From Blastocladiella emersonii ATCC 22665 (Eukaryota; Fungi; Blastocladiomycota), in the NCBI GenBank assembly GCA_025594325.1, contig JANHCV010000008.1:1364001-1428000 (forward strand): a stretch of DNA of 64,000 nt, given 5' to 3'. Of this stretch, positions 10,485 through 22,592 are shown piece after piece. The translations under genes and the position numbers were made by a program. Within the stretch, counting starts at the first letter, position 1. Each line of letters starts with the position of its first letter. The notes beneath the pieces were generated by a model. The model did no database searches. It was given only the letters and a program-made list of their open reading frames with translations, and was not told the origin of the DNA.

Positions 10485-12328
10485 GACGAGACAGTGAGAA
10501 AAACAATCACGTCGCGCCGAGATGACCAGTCGCATACCTTTGACTCAGCGACAGGGTCGCACGGAGGGATCACGCACGCGACCTGTGAGGTTGGCGTAAG
10601 TTTGTCGGGAGAAGCGGTCTGCGGTTTGCCAACAACTGGTTGCACATCAGCAAGCTCAACGCGGAACATCAAAGAGAGTTGCGCCACGATGGCCGAAAAA
10701 GAAGGCCTCGCGTTGCTGTCCCCGGCCCAGCACTCCTTGACAAGCGCCCACAGCTGACTCGAGTAGCTGTAAGAACAGGTCGGCGCAGCGGGACGGACGC
10801 CCTCCTTGATCCAGTCCTTGACAATCCCGTCGTCGTGCTCCTCGTAGAACGGCAGCTTGCCCGCGACCACCTCGAAGGCGAGCATGGCGAACGAAAACAC
10901 GTCGGACTTGAGGTCGAGCTTGACGCCGTAAGTGTACCGCTCCGGCGCAATCCAGCGCACGTTCCAGAGAGAAGTGGCAACCGAAACAGACGAGCGGCTG
11001 GCGGCCGAAAGCACGCGCGCCATGCCGAAATCGGCGACCTGCGCGCGGCCGTAAAGGTCAACGAGCACGTTGTTGGCCTTGAGGTCGCCGTGCAGCATGT
11101 CCTTCGAGTGCAGGTACGCCATGCCCATGGCCGTCTCGGTCAGCAGGCGAACGTGCTGGGCGGGGCGGTCCGCCGCGTACTTGGACAGGTCGCCGTGCTC
11201 CATGAGCGGCATGACGAGGAACGGCGTGTCGGACGTCAGCGAGAAACCGAGCAGCGGCAGCACGTGCGGGTGGCGCATCTGGCTCCACACGAGGGCCTCC
11301 TTGGCGACGAGGTCGATGCCGTTCTGGTCGGCGGCCGTGTGGCCGAGCAGCGGGATCAGGCGCTTGATGGCGACGGGCGTCTTGGACGCGATCCACGTGG
11401 CGCGGACGACGAGACCGAACCCGCCGCGGCCGAGCGGCTGGCCCTTGTCCTCGTCAAAGTCGAACGAGGTGACGGCGAGCGGCTTGAGCGCCGTCTCGGC
11501 GTCCGAACGCTCGGCCGAGACGCCCGAGTTGCGCGAGATGGCCGAGTGCATGTGCTTGTACAGCTGCTGCAGGAGGTCGAGCACCTCGTCGGTCTGCGCC
11601 TTGGACGCGTCGATGCGCTGATGCAGCGCGGCAAGGGCCTCGCGCGCATCCTGGTTGCCGAGCGCCAGGCCGCGGTACAGGTCCGAGTGGTGGGCGGCGA
11701 GCATGTCCTTGAACGAGACGAGGAGGTTGATGCGATCGCGCTCGGCCGCGGCCTTGAACTCGGCGGCCAGATTGGCCGAGGTCATGTCGAGCTTGAGGGC
11801 GGTGCCCAGCTCGCCGAGGACCGTGACGAGCGTGGCGCCTGCGCGCTCGAACGGCGCGTTGTAGTCGGTTCCGGCGAGCACGCGCTTGAGGAGCGTCGAC
11901 TCGCCGAGCTTGGTCGCGGCCGCGTTGGTCTCAAGTAGGACGCCGTGCATGGTGGTGACGTGGCCAGCGAGCGAAGGAGGTAATTTCTCGCTCGTGCCGC
12001 GGACCATCATGAGCGCACAGGTGATCGAACAACAAAATCCCAGTAGCGCCGCGAGCAGGTGCATCGGTTTCTTGGCCGACTTGACGAAGCGGTCCAGCTT
12101 GCTGACCTGGTCGGCCACGTCGTTGAGGCCAATTTCGGCCGTCGTAGAGAGTTCCATGGTGGCAATTTTATATATCTTTGTTCGGAAGCTCGAGGCAGCC
12201 CCCTGGGATTTTATACTCGAGCAACCACTTGGACCAACACGCTGCCTCCGCGATCCGTCGTCTGACGACGCAGAACGATTTCGGACAAGGTTTCGAAATT
12301 TGTCCGTGATTTGTCCATAATTTGTCAT
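10475..12328 (-). CDS. TKL-type Ser/Thr kinase with N-terminal helical (MLKL four-helix-bundle-like) region
   Basis: LGRGGFG, VAIK, HGDLKANNVLV, DFG and DVFSFAM motifs intact; helical N-terminus ending KRVLAGTDYNAPFERAGATL; start at 12328 or 12157 (GCCACCATGG context). Confidence 0.85.
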   Translation of the reverse strand: MTNYGQITDKFRNLVRNRSASSDDGSRRQRVGPSGCSSIKSQGAASSFRTKIYKIATMELSTTAEIGLNDVADQVSKLDRFVKSAKKPMHLLAALLGFCCSITCALMMVRGTSEKLPPSLAGHVTTMHGVLLETNAAATKLGESTLLKRVLAGTDYNAPFERAGATLVTVLGELGTALKLDMTSANLAAEFKAAAERDRINLLVSFKDMLAAHHSDLYRGLALGNQDAREALAALHQRIDASKAQTDEVLDLLQQLYKHMHSAISRNSGVSAERSDAETALKPLAVTSFDFDEDKGQPLGRGGFGLVVRATWIASKTPVAIKRLIPLLGHTAADQNGIDLVAKEALVWSQMRHPHVLPLLGFSLTSDTPFLVMPLMEHGDLSKYAADRPAQHVRLLTETAMGMAYLHSKDMLHGDLKANNVLVDLYGRAQVADFGMARVLSAASRSSVSVATSLWNVRWIAPERYTYGVKLDLKSDVFSFAMLAFEVVAGKLPFYEEHDDGIVKDWIKEGVRPAAPTCSYSYSSQLWALVKECWAGDSNARPSFSAIVAQLSLMFRVELADVQPVVGKPQTASPDKLTPTSQVACVIPPCDPVAESKVCDWSSRRDVIVFLTVSSRR

Positions 12329-12430
12329 CAATAAAGCCGCCCATCTTTTAACTGTGATCCGTCCATGTCGGAGCCTCCCGACAGAAGCTGGCCGTCAAGG
12401 AGCAGCTGCGAGACATTGAGCGCGAGACAT

Positions 12431-12451
12431 CACGTGATTGTTTGACGCGTC
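12431..12451 (-). promoter_or_regulatory. Composite element upstream of the kinase
   Basis: CACGTG-attgttt-GACGCGTC, 103 bp from the ATG at 12328. Confidence 0.75.
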
Positions 12452-14792
12452 TCGCGCTACTTCACCCATTGCAGCACACAGCTCGGGCAATTCGACCCGT
12501 CGTGACAACGGCACCGCAAAGCTCGAGTTAACCGCATCATATCGGAAACACAGCCCAGCGTAGAATGGGTCACGGTCACGCTGCCAAAAAAAAAATAGAT
12601 GGTCGCCCTGACGGGGTCCAGCATGTGGTCTATGACGGTTTGACGACGGGTCGCGGCTCTAGTACTCGCCGTGGCTCGCCGTGTTACAGTCGCTCATAGA
12701 GGGGGCAGTTTCTTCACACGCAGTACAGCTTGCATGTATGAACATGGCGAGACCCGGTCAGAGTGTCATGAGCGAGCTGATTGACGATGGTCGCGCAGGT
12801 GGCGGCGACCAGCTTATCGGAAATCGCGGATCACAAATTGTGCGGCCAGCTGCAAATATGCACTCAATTCTTGGGCCGGGTCGGGTGAGGGTCGAAATCG
12901 CAAATAAAGATTTCCGGTCAATGTAATACATGAGTGTGATGGGGGAGGTCAGGGGGATTTTTCGCTGGTGGTCGCGGTGGTCGGAGTTGCCCTTGGAGAA
13001 AGTTGGACTTTTCACCACAACGGCTCAGTCGATTGCACTGTTCTCGACGGTGATGAACTGATCGTGGTGAGAGCTACAAAAGAGCTAATTAAGCGTTGGG
13101 GTGGTTGGAAGCCGGGTGTCAAGAAAAAAATGGCAATCGGATTCTCAACGCTAACACACCGCTGGGGTTGATTCGAGAAGCTAACCTCGAAAGTCGTTCC
13201 TGCGCAACGGAGTGAAGGATGTGACTCGCGGAAATATATTTAGCGCTCAGAGGAGCACGGAAACGATAGACACTGTTTGAATTCATGGGGTCGCAAATCG
13301 AGTACAGCATCCAATCCAGAGGGTAAACAGGCTTTCTCCTGGCGGCAAACTGGTCAACTACATTACCTCTACCTCGGTAGATAAACTTGTTTTCCTGGCC
13401 GGGATTGCAGTTTACAGAGGGCGAAATCTGCGTTCGCCTGAAGGGGTTTGCGGCGCGCATGCTGTTGCGGATTGCGCTCGCGGATCGAGCTTATTAGGTG
13501 GACGCCTACCGGCGCGGCAGGCCAAACGGCCAAAAAAAGTTGATTTTCTTCAATTGTTTGTACGTGGCCGCATACTGGCCCGATTCGTACAAGTTGACGA
13601 GAGCGAGCGAGTGAAGGACCGCTTCCGCTAGCACGAATGGACAACAATTGCCAGCCTCGAGTAAAGCTGGTGAGCCCTGGTACTTGGCTTGCTCACAAGT
13701 CAGCGCTTCTGCGAGAGCGCACGGGACGGTCGCTCAACCAGTGAAGCACGTCCATGGCGCTGAACCGGCACGTTGCAAATCTTTCAAGAATTGAATGAGG
13801 TCCATGCAATCCAGCCGGTGCGATTGAGCGCCTGGAACGCATCAAAGGCCACTTTAGAGAGTTGCGAATGGTGCTATTCCTTTGCTTGAACACAGGGTCG
13901 CGGAACGGCCATGCTCGAGCTGCCTCTGACGCTGGTAGAACATGTAACACCGCGTGATCGAGCTTCACTATCTGCCACGCGGCGCCTTTAGAGCTGAAAC
14001 GCGACGTGAACGTCTACAGCTTCATGGTAGAGTCATGGATCAGTAGGCGACATTCTGTTCGTCACTCAAGGGCGGGTCTCCGACTTGGCGAGCGGCCCTA
14101 TCAACTAGCTGAAGCTACCGGCGGTCAAATCAAAAGCGGACATGACTTCTTCTGATGCGCTGGGAGCGACAGGCGCGGCTCGTCAGCGGCTGGCGGTGCC
14201 TGTGTTACGGGTTCGGCGCGGCGCTCGAATCGCGCAAGAAGACATAAACTAAGCGCAATTCGAAAGAAGTCCATGGGTTTAAGACATTGCATCAAGTGGT
14301 ATCTGCAGCATACGTAAAATATGCCCGGAAGGTGGAGGGAGCGACTGAGTGAGCTGTGGCAGGCGTGTGAACTCCATCGTCCGACGCCACCGCAGGGCCA
14401 CGTTGGCCACGTCCGTTCACGCTTGGCTTGCGAGCTCGTTCAAGCGCAAGGTCCCCTTCAATCCGCGATGAATGACCTTTGCGGCTCGCTTGAGAACCTC
14501 GCGTGAGCTGCGGTACGATCCGGCCGCTGCGATGTGCTTACAACTGTCATGACAAGGGGCTCGTCGCTCCAAAGCCTAACCAAATTCTAAGCTTTCATCA
14601 ACTCGAGAACAAAGGGGGTAACCGCGCGGCCGCGTCACGACCCGGAACGCGCCGTGCCCTGCCAGTTCCTCCCTCCTCCCCTCGCAGTCCTGCTTTCAAG
14701 TGCAGTTTGTCGTTTTTTTTTTAACCGCGCGTTTCAAGGCTAGCGAAACTGAGCGAGAGTCGTGGCACGGCGGGTTGCGAGACGGGCTGCGA

Positions 14793-14813
14793 GACGCGTC
14801 GCAAAAACACGTG
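14793..14813 (+). promoter_or_regulatory. Composite element upstream of a putative spliced transcript
   Basis: GACGCGTC-gcaaaaa-CACGTG with a further CACGTG immediately downstream. Confidence 0.6.
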
Positions 14814-16066
14814 TCGGTCACGCGCACGTGACACAGGTTGGCGTGGACGTGAGCGCGAGCGCGCGTCGGCCGAGCGAGTGACTCTTCGCCACGCCGCGCG
14901 CGGTCCCCGCTCCCTCACTCATCACCACTCGCTGCAATGTATCACCCATCCGACAACGAAGCACACTGCGACCTCGACGCACGGCATTCATGCGGCCACC
15001 GTCAAAAGGTACGCGTCATTCCGCTCCGCCGCGGCCGCCGCCGCGCGCTTGGCTCCCATCGCGCCGACCGTCGTGTTGCGGTTTCGGAGCGGTGTGCCCG
15101 GCGTGGTGCGCGTCATCCACTGCTCGCTCCACGGTCGACGCACCGTGAGACCAGCGGCGTCGTCGCCGCTACGCGTGCGCGCCGTCGTGCGCGCGCTCCC
15201 CCGCGCTCATGCTTCGGGTGCGGCACGGCGCAGCGCAGGTGGACCCCACCGGGCTACCAGCCGCGTGCGCGCTCATCAAAGGTGCTGACACCTGTGCGGT
15301 GCCCATGTAGCCGCCGGCGCGCGTCCGCCACCAGGGACTCAACATTTGGCGACTCATGGACCTGAGACCATCGAGCCAGCATCGCGCGCGACGGTACGCC
15401 GTCAACACCACACCACTTGCGCCTGCTGTATGTGCTCACGCCACGCGCTCGCGCCAGTAGCGCCGACGGGCTCGCTCAAGCGGTTCGGCCGCGCCCACCG
15501 CGTGCGTCAAGTCCCAGTCGCAGGTACGCTCGACACTTTTCGTCGCTGCGCAAGAGTTGGCGCGCGACTGACATGCTCGCTCACATTGCTCCTCGTAGCC
15601 CCTCGTGATCCACTGGTCTCTCGCTGCACCATCAACCCGCCACCTCTCGATGGCCCATCTGACGAGCAAGATCCGCAAGCTGTAGGGTGCCGATTCCTAA
15701 GACGACTTGGTACGCCCTCGTCACACGCCGCTCGAGGCGCAGCGCGACTCACATGAGCTCTTGGACCTTTCTTGCTTGTAGCAGCGATCTCTGACCACCA
15801 TCTCGCCCAGCCGGTTTCTGTACTCGGGGTCGCGGCGCGACCTGACCGCGGATCGCAGCAAGTGCGACGCGCACGCGGTTCGGGTCACGGGCGGCGGCTC
15901 CGAGTGCGGAGGCCTGGTGCTGGCGACGGCGTCTGCGGTCCGCTCGGGTACCTGCTTGTCGTGCATCGTCGTCGCGCACGGGCCGGGATTCCGACTCGCA
16001 TGCCGCGCGACCCGCGGCGGTGGCGACCTGACCTGTATCTGAGATCTCCCTGTACGCAATACACTC

Positions 16067-16254
16067 GCAAATTTGCACCAAAACACAGTCCCCATCTTGA
16101 GAATATGCCATCAATTTGTGCGCCAACCGGGTCGCTCGTCTCACAAATTGGCCATCAAATCTGCCATCAAGTCGCAGCAGATTGACGGCAATTGGTTGCA
16201 AATTCGCTGTCCTAGCCGACCCGCGGGCCGCCGCCCAATTTGGTGCAAATTTGC
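16067..16254. repeat. 16-bp perfect inverted repeat within an AT-rich CAAATT motif cluster
   Basis: GCAAATTTGCACCAAA (16067-16082) / TTTGGTGCAAATTTGC (16239-16254); several more CAAATT/AATTTG motifs out to ~16300. Confidence 0.7.
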
Positions 16255-17157
16255 TCAGGTTTAAAATTTGCCTCCAAACCGTGTAAATTGGCCGCAAATT
16301 CGCAAGGCCCGGATTTCCGATGAACCAATGGCCGCTGACAGCGGGCGATAAGACCGCGCCTCGCACCTGTTCGACAGGCGATGTGGGAGAGTATGGAACA
16401 AACGAAGGCCGGCCCGGCCAACGTTCTGCACCTTTCGACGTGGTCGCGCGTGCGTTTCACTCGTGCGACGTCGCCGAGGTCAGACTACGCGTCCCGACTC
16501 GCTCACTCGATCGCTCGTATCGCTGCCGGACGTCGCGTTTCCCATAAAATAGAAGTCCGCTGCACGCGTTTCCGTTTCATAGAGTTAATTCATGTGCAAC
16601 TGCTACCCCTGAATGAGGTCCGACACGAGCGCGCTTTGGTGACGCGAAGCGGGCGGCGCCACACGCCACACGTGTCACCGCGGCTGTCTCGCGCGGCGCA
16701 CGTGTGCGTGTGGCGCCGTGGTGCGAGACACGCGCAATTTGCGCGCAAGCCAGCGCCACAACCGCCGATCGCGCGCCCTGAGTGGCCACTGCTCCACGCC
16801 ATGCCGACGAAATCAGGGGCGGCGCGCGCGCCGCTGCGTCACTGACTCCCCGAGCCGGAACTCGGCGCTATCGCTCGCGCGCTTCCACGGAAGAAAAGGT
16901 GCGCCGAGCCCGAGCCCCGAGCCCTGCCCGCGCCCAGCACACACAAACACAAGCATGCGCAATTTGATCTCGCTGCGGAACGCAAGGGTTGCGCAGCGTC
17001 CAATCCGAGGTCGCTCTCGTCGGGTCCGCGGCCTCTTCTCCCAACCGCTCCCCCCAACCCAAAGCACATGTACTAGAGGAGGCCGCGCCCGCCTACTAGC
17101 GACGGCTGTTAGACAACCGCTACCACCATCAGCTCGACCAACAACACCACCATCATC

Positions 17158-19567
17158 ATGTCTGCTCCACTCGCATCGTGGCCGTCGTGGTCCGACGATA
17201 TTCTCGGCGTCGTGGTTGTTGTCGTCGGCGTGTCGACCACGCTATTCGTCGCCGTGCACATGTTCATGCACTTGGTACGTCGCTCCACCGTGTCCCGAGA
17301 CGCATGAGCGGTCCACTCACTCACAGCCTCGCCGTCCGCGTAGTGGTGCTTGTACGGCATCGCGCAGATAGGCCTGAACGAGGGCCGCGAGGGCGCGGTG
17401 CAGACCTTCAACCAGGGCGAGGGCAAGCTGCGCGTGTTCCTGTGCGTGGTCGTTGGCGCGCTGTACGCGGGGTTCGTCAGCTTCTTCCTCGGCACGGTGC
17501 TGCTCATCATGGCGCACAAGGACTTTGCGCCCGAGTTCATGCGCACCGACTGGGAGCCGATCCCGCGCGACACGCTGCGCACCGTGATCGTCGCCTTCTT
17601 CTTCATCTACGCCGCGCCCGCCGTCATCTCGACCGTCACCACGGCCATCGCCTTCTCGCACGACCGCATCAAGCTGCGACGCCTCGACCGCGTCAAGCGC
17701 GAGGCCGACGACGCGCGCCGCGCCGGTGCCGCGGCCGAGGAGGCCGGGTTCTCGCATGCGGCGGTGCCCGAGGGCCAGCAGTCGTACGCCTGGGACAAGG
17801 ACGTGATCATCCTGGTCCCGACGTACCAGGAGCCGCTCGCCAACCTGCTGTCGACCATCAACGCCATCACCGAGTCCGAGTACCCGCTCGACAAGGTCCA
17901 CGTGCTTGTCGGGTTCGACGACGACAGCGACAAGACGCTCACGGCCATGTTCACCATCGAGCGCATCCTCAACGGCGACGTGGTCCAGGGGTTCGGTGGC
18001 AACGACGAGTCGGCGCTCCGCGTCTCGGCGCCCGGCTCGGCGCTCTCGGGCATCGGCAGCGATCTCGGCAACAGCAGCGACCTGAGCAGCACCACGCTGC
18101 CGTCGTACGACGACCTGCCGAGCGCGCTGGGCCGCAACAAGTACAACGGGCTGCTCAAGATCGCGCACCAGTCGCGCTCGTCGGTCGACGTGCGCGGGAC
18201 CAGCAGCACCGTGTCGGGGGCCACGTCGCCGCTGTCGGCGGGGTCCATGGTCTCGTTCCGCTCGCACGCCGACCGTGACCCGAGCCCGCGCGCCATCGAC
18301 ATCCACTACCGCAACGTACAGTTCACCATCGCGCGGTACGAGCACGGCGGCAAGCTGCACACGCAGGCCAAGATGTTTGCGCTCGTCGAGGAGCGCGTTC
18401 GTGCTGGCGTGTACCCGCCCGACGCGCTGCTGCTGTTCGTCGACTCGGACACGACGCTCGTGCCGTCCACGGTGCGCAAGTTCGTCGACCACTTTGCCGT
18501 CCACCAGCAGCGCGCGTGCGCGACCGGGTTCATCGTGTCGCGCAACGGGCACGCGAATAGCTGGCTCCAGAAGATGCAGGATGTACGCTCGCTCTCTCAA
18601 GACGCGGTCGGTGTGCGGGACTCGGAACTGACCCCCGCGCGCGCGCGTGTTCACGTAGGCCGAGTACATTTTCATGCAGGTCTCGATGCGCTACGTCGAG
18701 GCGACGTTCGGCAGCGTGACGTGTCTGCCGGGCGCGCTGACCATGATCAAGTACGCGACCATGCACGAGCTGGCGAAGATCTACTTCCACCAGCCCGACG
18801 TCGACTCGACGTTCGAGTTCTGCCGGCGCAAGCTCGGCGAGGACCGGTTCCTGACGCACCTCGCCATGGAGTACCTCGGCCCGTACTCGATCGGGTTCGT
18901 GCCCGACGCCGTGTCGAAAACCGAGGCGCCCAACCTGTTCTACGACCTGCTGCGGCAACGGCGGCGGTGGCTGTTGGGCTCGCTGACCAACGAGCTGTAC
19001 ATGGTCACGACGCCGAGCTTCTTCGTCAAGTACCCGGCGCTCGTCATCTTCCGCATCATGACGGTGATGCGGCTCGGCGGGTCGACCTTTTACCTCGCGC
19101 TGATCGAGTGCATCCTCCTCGCCATCAAGCGGCCCGACCAGGTGACCCCGCTCGACGTGTTCGTCCTCGTCTTCTCGCCGCTCCTCTTCTGGCTGATCCT
19201 CACAGGCTGGGCCGTGTGGCAGCGCCGCATCAAGTCGCTCGGGTTCTTCTTCGCGTACCTGCTCACCAACCAGGTCATGGAGATCTTCTACTACGGGTAC
19301 ACGCTCTGGACGCTGCGCGAGCGCACGTGGGGCGGGCCGCGCGCCGTCGGCGAGGCCGAGACGGTCGAGATCGTGGCGGAGAAGCCGGGCGATGGTAAGG
19401 TGGGCGGAATCGCGTCGTACTCGATGCCGTACACGCCGCCCAAGGGCGGGGCCCCGATCCCCGCTCCCGCGCGCACGGCCAGCAGGATGACCATGGTCAT
19501 GACGAGCGGCGGGGTGCCCGTCGCCCAGGGCTCGCCGTTGGCGCAGACTCAGACTCAGACTCAGTAG
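17158..19567 (+). CDS. Chitin synthase-like GT2 membrane glycosyltransferase, paralogue 1
   Basis: Exons 17158-17274, 17344-18582, 18659-19567; motifs VPTYQEP, FVDSDT, TCLPGA, LGEDRFLT, QRRRW; TM segments at both ends. Confidence 0.88.
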
Positions 19568-19862
19568 AGTGTTTCACATAAAAATACATGATAGATTTCG
19601 CGTGCTCATGATCCCGTCTTCCGTTCACGACTGCAAGGAAGCATCGCTCGGCGCCGACTCGCGCACCAACGCCTACAGCCGGCCGTCAGCTGCCGCTCAC
19701 ATGCATGAGACCGCATTGCATCGGGTACTCTGGCCGACCACCTCGAGCAGCGACCGCCGAGGACGTGAAGATGTGCGCGCGTGTGGCGCGACGCGTCAAG
19801 GGGCGAGCGGGTGTCATCAGCTGACGCGCTTTCACCGCTTCTCCCGCAAGCCCCACCCCATC

Positions 19863-22425
19863 ATGCAGCCCGTGAGCGCCTTATGTATGCTACTCCATGC
19901 AACGCGCTGTTTATGTCGATAATAACGCGCTGAAACGCCGCATAGCGCGAAGCTCGCTCGAGCGCTACCACGACCTTGTGCCGCGCCTGCTCGCCCACCT
20001 CGGCGTGCCGGACGGCGGCGACGTTGCGCTGCCCGTGTCTTTCGATCCAAACGTCTGCATTAGGCTTCGACGCGACTTTCTTGCACTCGATCTGGACGCA
20101 TGCCCGTTGGACGACGTGATCCAGGCGCTCACGAGCGACGCGCTACTCGCGCTCGAGCCCGCCGAGCGCGCGCAGTTTCACGTCGTGCCCGTGGGCTTGT
20201 TCACCGAAACTCTCGTGACACTAGCCTGCGCGCCAGCCGTCGACTTGGCGAGCAGCAGCATAGACTAGTTTGCGCGTTGGATTCTTGATCGGCTGACCGA
20301 CGCGCACGACTTCGTCCTTCTCGTCTGTTCGGGATCCGTGCAAGCGATCTACGTACTCTTCCTCCGCCGCCTCTGTCTTTCAATCCAGTGCGCGGCGCTT
20401 CGCTTCGGCGGCGTGCGCAACGCCGCGGCGACGCAGGCGGTGGACGCCGCGATTGCTGTGCTCGTCGCGAGTCTCTCGAGCAGCGGCGAGCCGTGGACAC
20501 TTGGTCTCATGCAGCGGTTTATGGACTTCGAAGCCGGTTTGGGACCGCGCGAGGCGCCGACGCTTGCGTTTCTGAGCTTTGTTCCGTGGATCTTTGAAGC
20601 GGCGAGCAACGCGGTCGCCGCGTGGCCATCGCTCGCGCTGCATGCTCCAAAGCTTGATTGCGAGGAGATGAGCTCGCGGATCGTGCAAACTCTCCTCACA
20701 CATGTCGCTCGGTCGGCCCACGCGATACAGTCCCTCCCTCCCGAGCTTGCAGCGGAACTTGCCGAGTGGTCGGTCGTCGATAGTAGTGGAGTGGCGCGTC
20801 GCGGTGCCGTTGCTCCACGCTCGTCCTTGGATGCACGCTTGGCGGCACCGACCCGCCAAGAGCTTGAGCCCGTCATGAACGGCTCCTCAACCAGTGATTT
20901 CTCGTGGACGCGAAGGAAATGCCGCCTGGAATCCATGGTTGTTGTTCCCAGCTTGCCGAGCGAAGCGGGACGTAAACGGCGTGGCCAAATCGTTTCGGAC
21001 TCGGACGGCGCAATGCCAAGTCTTCTCTCATTGGTACGCTCCCGCGCTAGTAGTCGTTCGTCACGTTCGCTCGCTGAAAGCGTTAGTGTGTGTGAAGCCC
21101 GAACCCGTTCAACTCGGCACTCCAGAGTCTGAATGCCCGCCACCAGTTGCATCGCCGCGCGCGCAATCTCCGCTCCAAGCTGCCCCGCCGTCGCCAGTCC
21201 CGCTCCTAGCACAATCAAGCGCTCACGACGAGTACGTGCCTCGCGAACAGTGTGACGTACCACCATCCTCCGCGCAATCAGCTCCATGGCCCTCGACGCG
21301 AGCCAGCTGCAGGGCACCGTCGCCGCGACCGCGACCGCGTCCGCCGTGCCGCACTCTGTTATATCCGGCGTGGTCGTGCTGCGCTCTCTCGAATCGCTGC
21401 TTGCCACGGACGTCGTCATGCACGCCGTCACTGAGCTCCTGTGCGGGTTCGCAGACTTGATAGCAATTGATCTCACTCCAGTCCTTTGCCGCCGCCACTC
21501 GCTCGACGAGTACAAGGTCCTGTGGGCCGCCGTTTCGAACGAAGAAGCGCTTTCTCACCCGCTCGCCATCATCGCGTCACCCTCCCGCGCCATCGCGAAA
21601 GCGCAGCGGAATATGGTCCTCCTAGCGTGCGTCGCCGACCACCTGCCCGCCGCGCTCGGCACCGCCGCCAGCACTGCCGTCGCCGCGGGCACCGACCGGC
21701 TACACGTCATGGTCGCCTTCGACCGCCTCAACCGGCCCGAGTGGACGCGCTGCATTGACTGGTTCGCCCGCGCCATGTCGTGCCCCCGCATCCGCGACCT
21801 CGGGTCGGGCACAGACAACGTCCCGAAACGCCTGCTCTGCCGGCTACACGCCGCGCTCAAAGCACACCCGCTCGACCCGTTCCTCCCGTCGCTCGCGTCC
21901 CCCGCGGCGTTAAGGACACACCCGCCGCTGCGCCCGTTCGTCTTCGACGCTCAGGTGTGCCACCTGGTGAGCCGCGCCGCGGCTACAATGGCGGTCGCGG
22001 ACCCAGGGTATCGCGGCCACCTGGTCCGCCGGGTCGAAGAAATCGCGCGCGCGGGGGATCTCACGGCGGGGTCCGCGCGTACTTCGGGTTCGCGTGCGCG
22101 TATCTCCCGTCGCGCGCCAGACTGGTCGCATCGGCTGCGGTGGCGGACGGTTACGCGCTGGAAGGCGCCGAGGAGACTGTTCGTATTGCTATCCCGTGAC
22201 TCGAGCAGCAGCAGCAAACAGACGCCACGGCTCCCGCGTGCCCCGAGCCCGCGCAGCGGCTACACTTCCACAGGGCGCGCGACCGGCCAAGGGAATGGGA
22301 ATCGGTCCTCATCAGGCTGCCGGGCTGGGACGAGTTCAAGCGCAAGCACGCGGCCGCGCTTGACACGGTTGCGCGGCGCGAGCGGAGCGCGCGCGAGCGG
22401 GAACGGCGCGTCTGAACACGAGTGA
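19863..22425 (+). pseudogene. Orphan family B (Ulp1-like N-domain + C-terminal domain), copy 1, disrupted
   Basis: Phase-1 first intron (GTATGC...CATAG) as in the paralogues; in-frame TAG at 20266-20268; frameshift near 22070-22140 in the C-terminal domain (ends ...GLPGWDEFKRKH in another frame). Confidence 0.7.
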
Positions 22426-22485
22426 AGGTTTTGAGAGACCAGCTTGCTTGCGGGAGAGCATCGGTTCCGGGCGTGAGGGACGCGA

Positions 22486-22506
22486 GACGCGACGAACCAC
22501 CACGCG
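22486..22506 (+). promoter_or_regulatory. Degenerate composite element upstream of family B copy 2
   Basis: GACGCGAC-gaaccac-CACGCG, 87 bp before the ATG at 22593. Confidence 0.55.
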
Positions 22507-22592
22507 ATCGGTGCGGCGAGAGGAACCGGCGTGGCGCCGCCTCTTCCCACGCGAACCCGCGAGCAGGACAGCTCCCCTCGAACCACCCCACC

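Noticed and set aside
12282-12330. Hairpin CGGACAA..TTGTCCG and three ATTTGTC repeats at the kinase 5' end
   Set aside because: Too short to distinguish from chance; no second copy or TSD seen
12680-14000. Lower-GC stretch with short ORFs, including ELIKRWGGWK reminiscent of tyrosine-recombinase (Crypton-like) motifs
   Set aside because: Only one short motif; no catalytic R/H-x-x-R/Y context or continuous frame could be reconstructed
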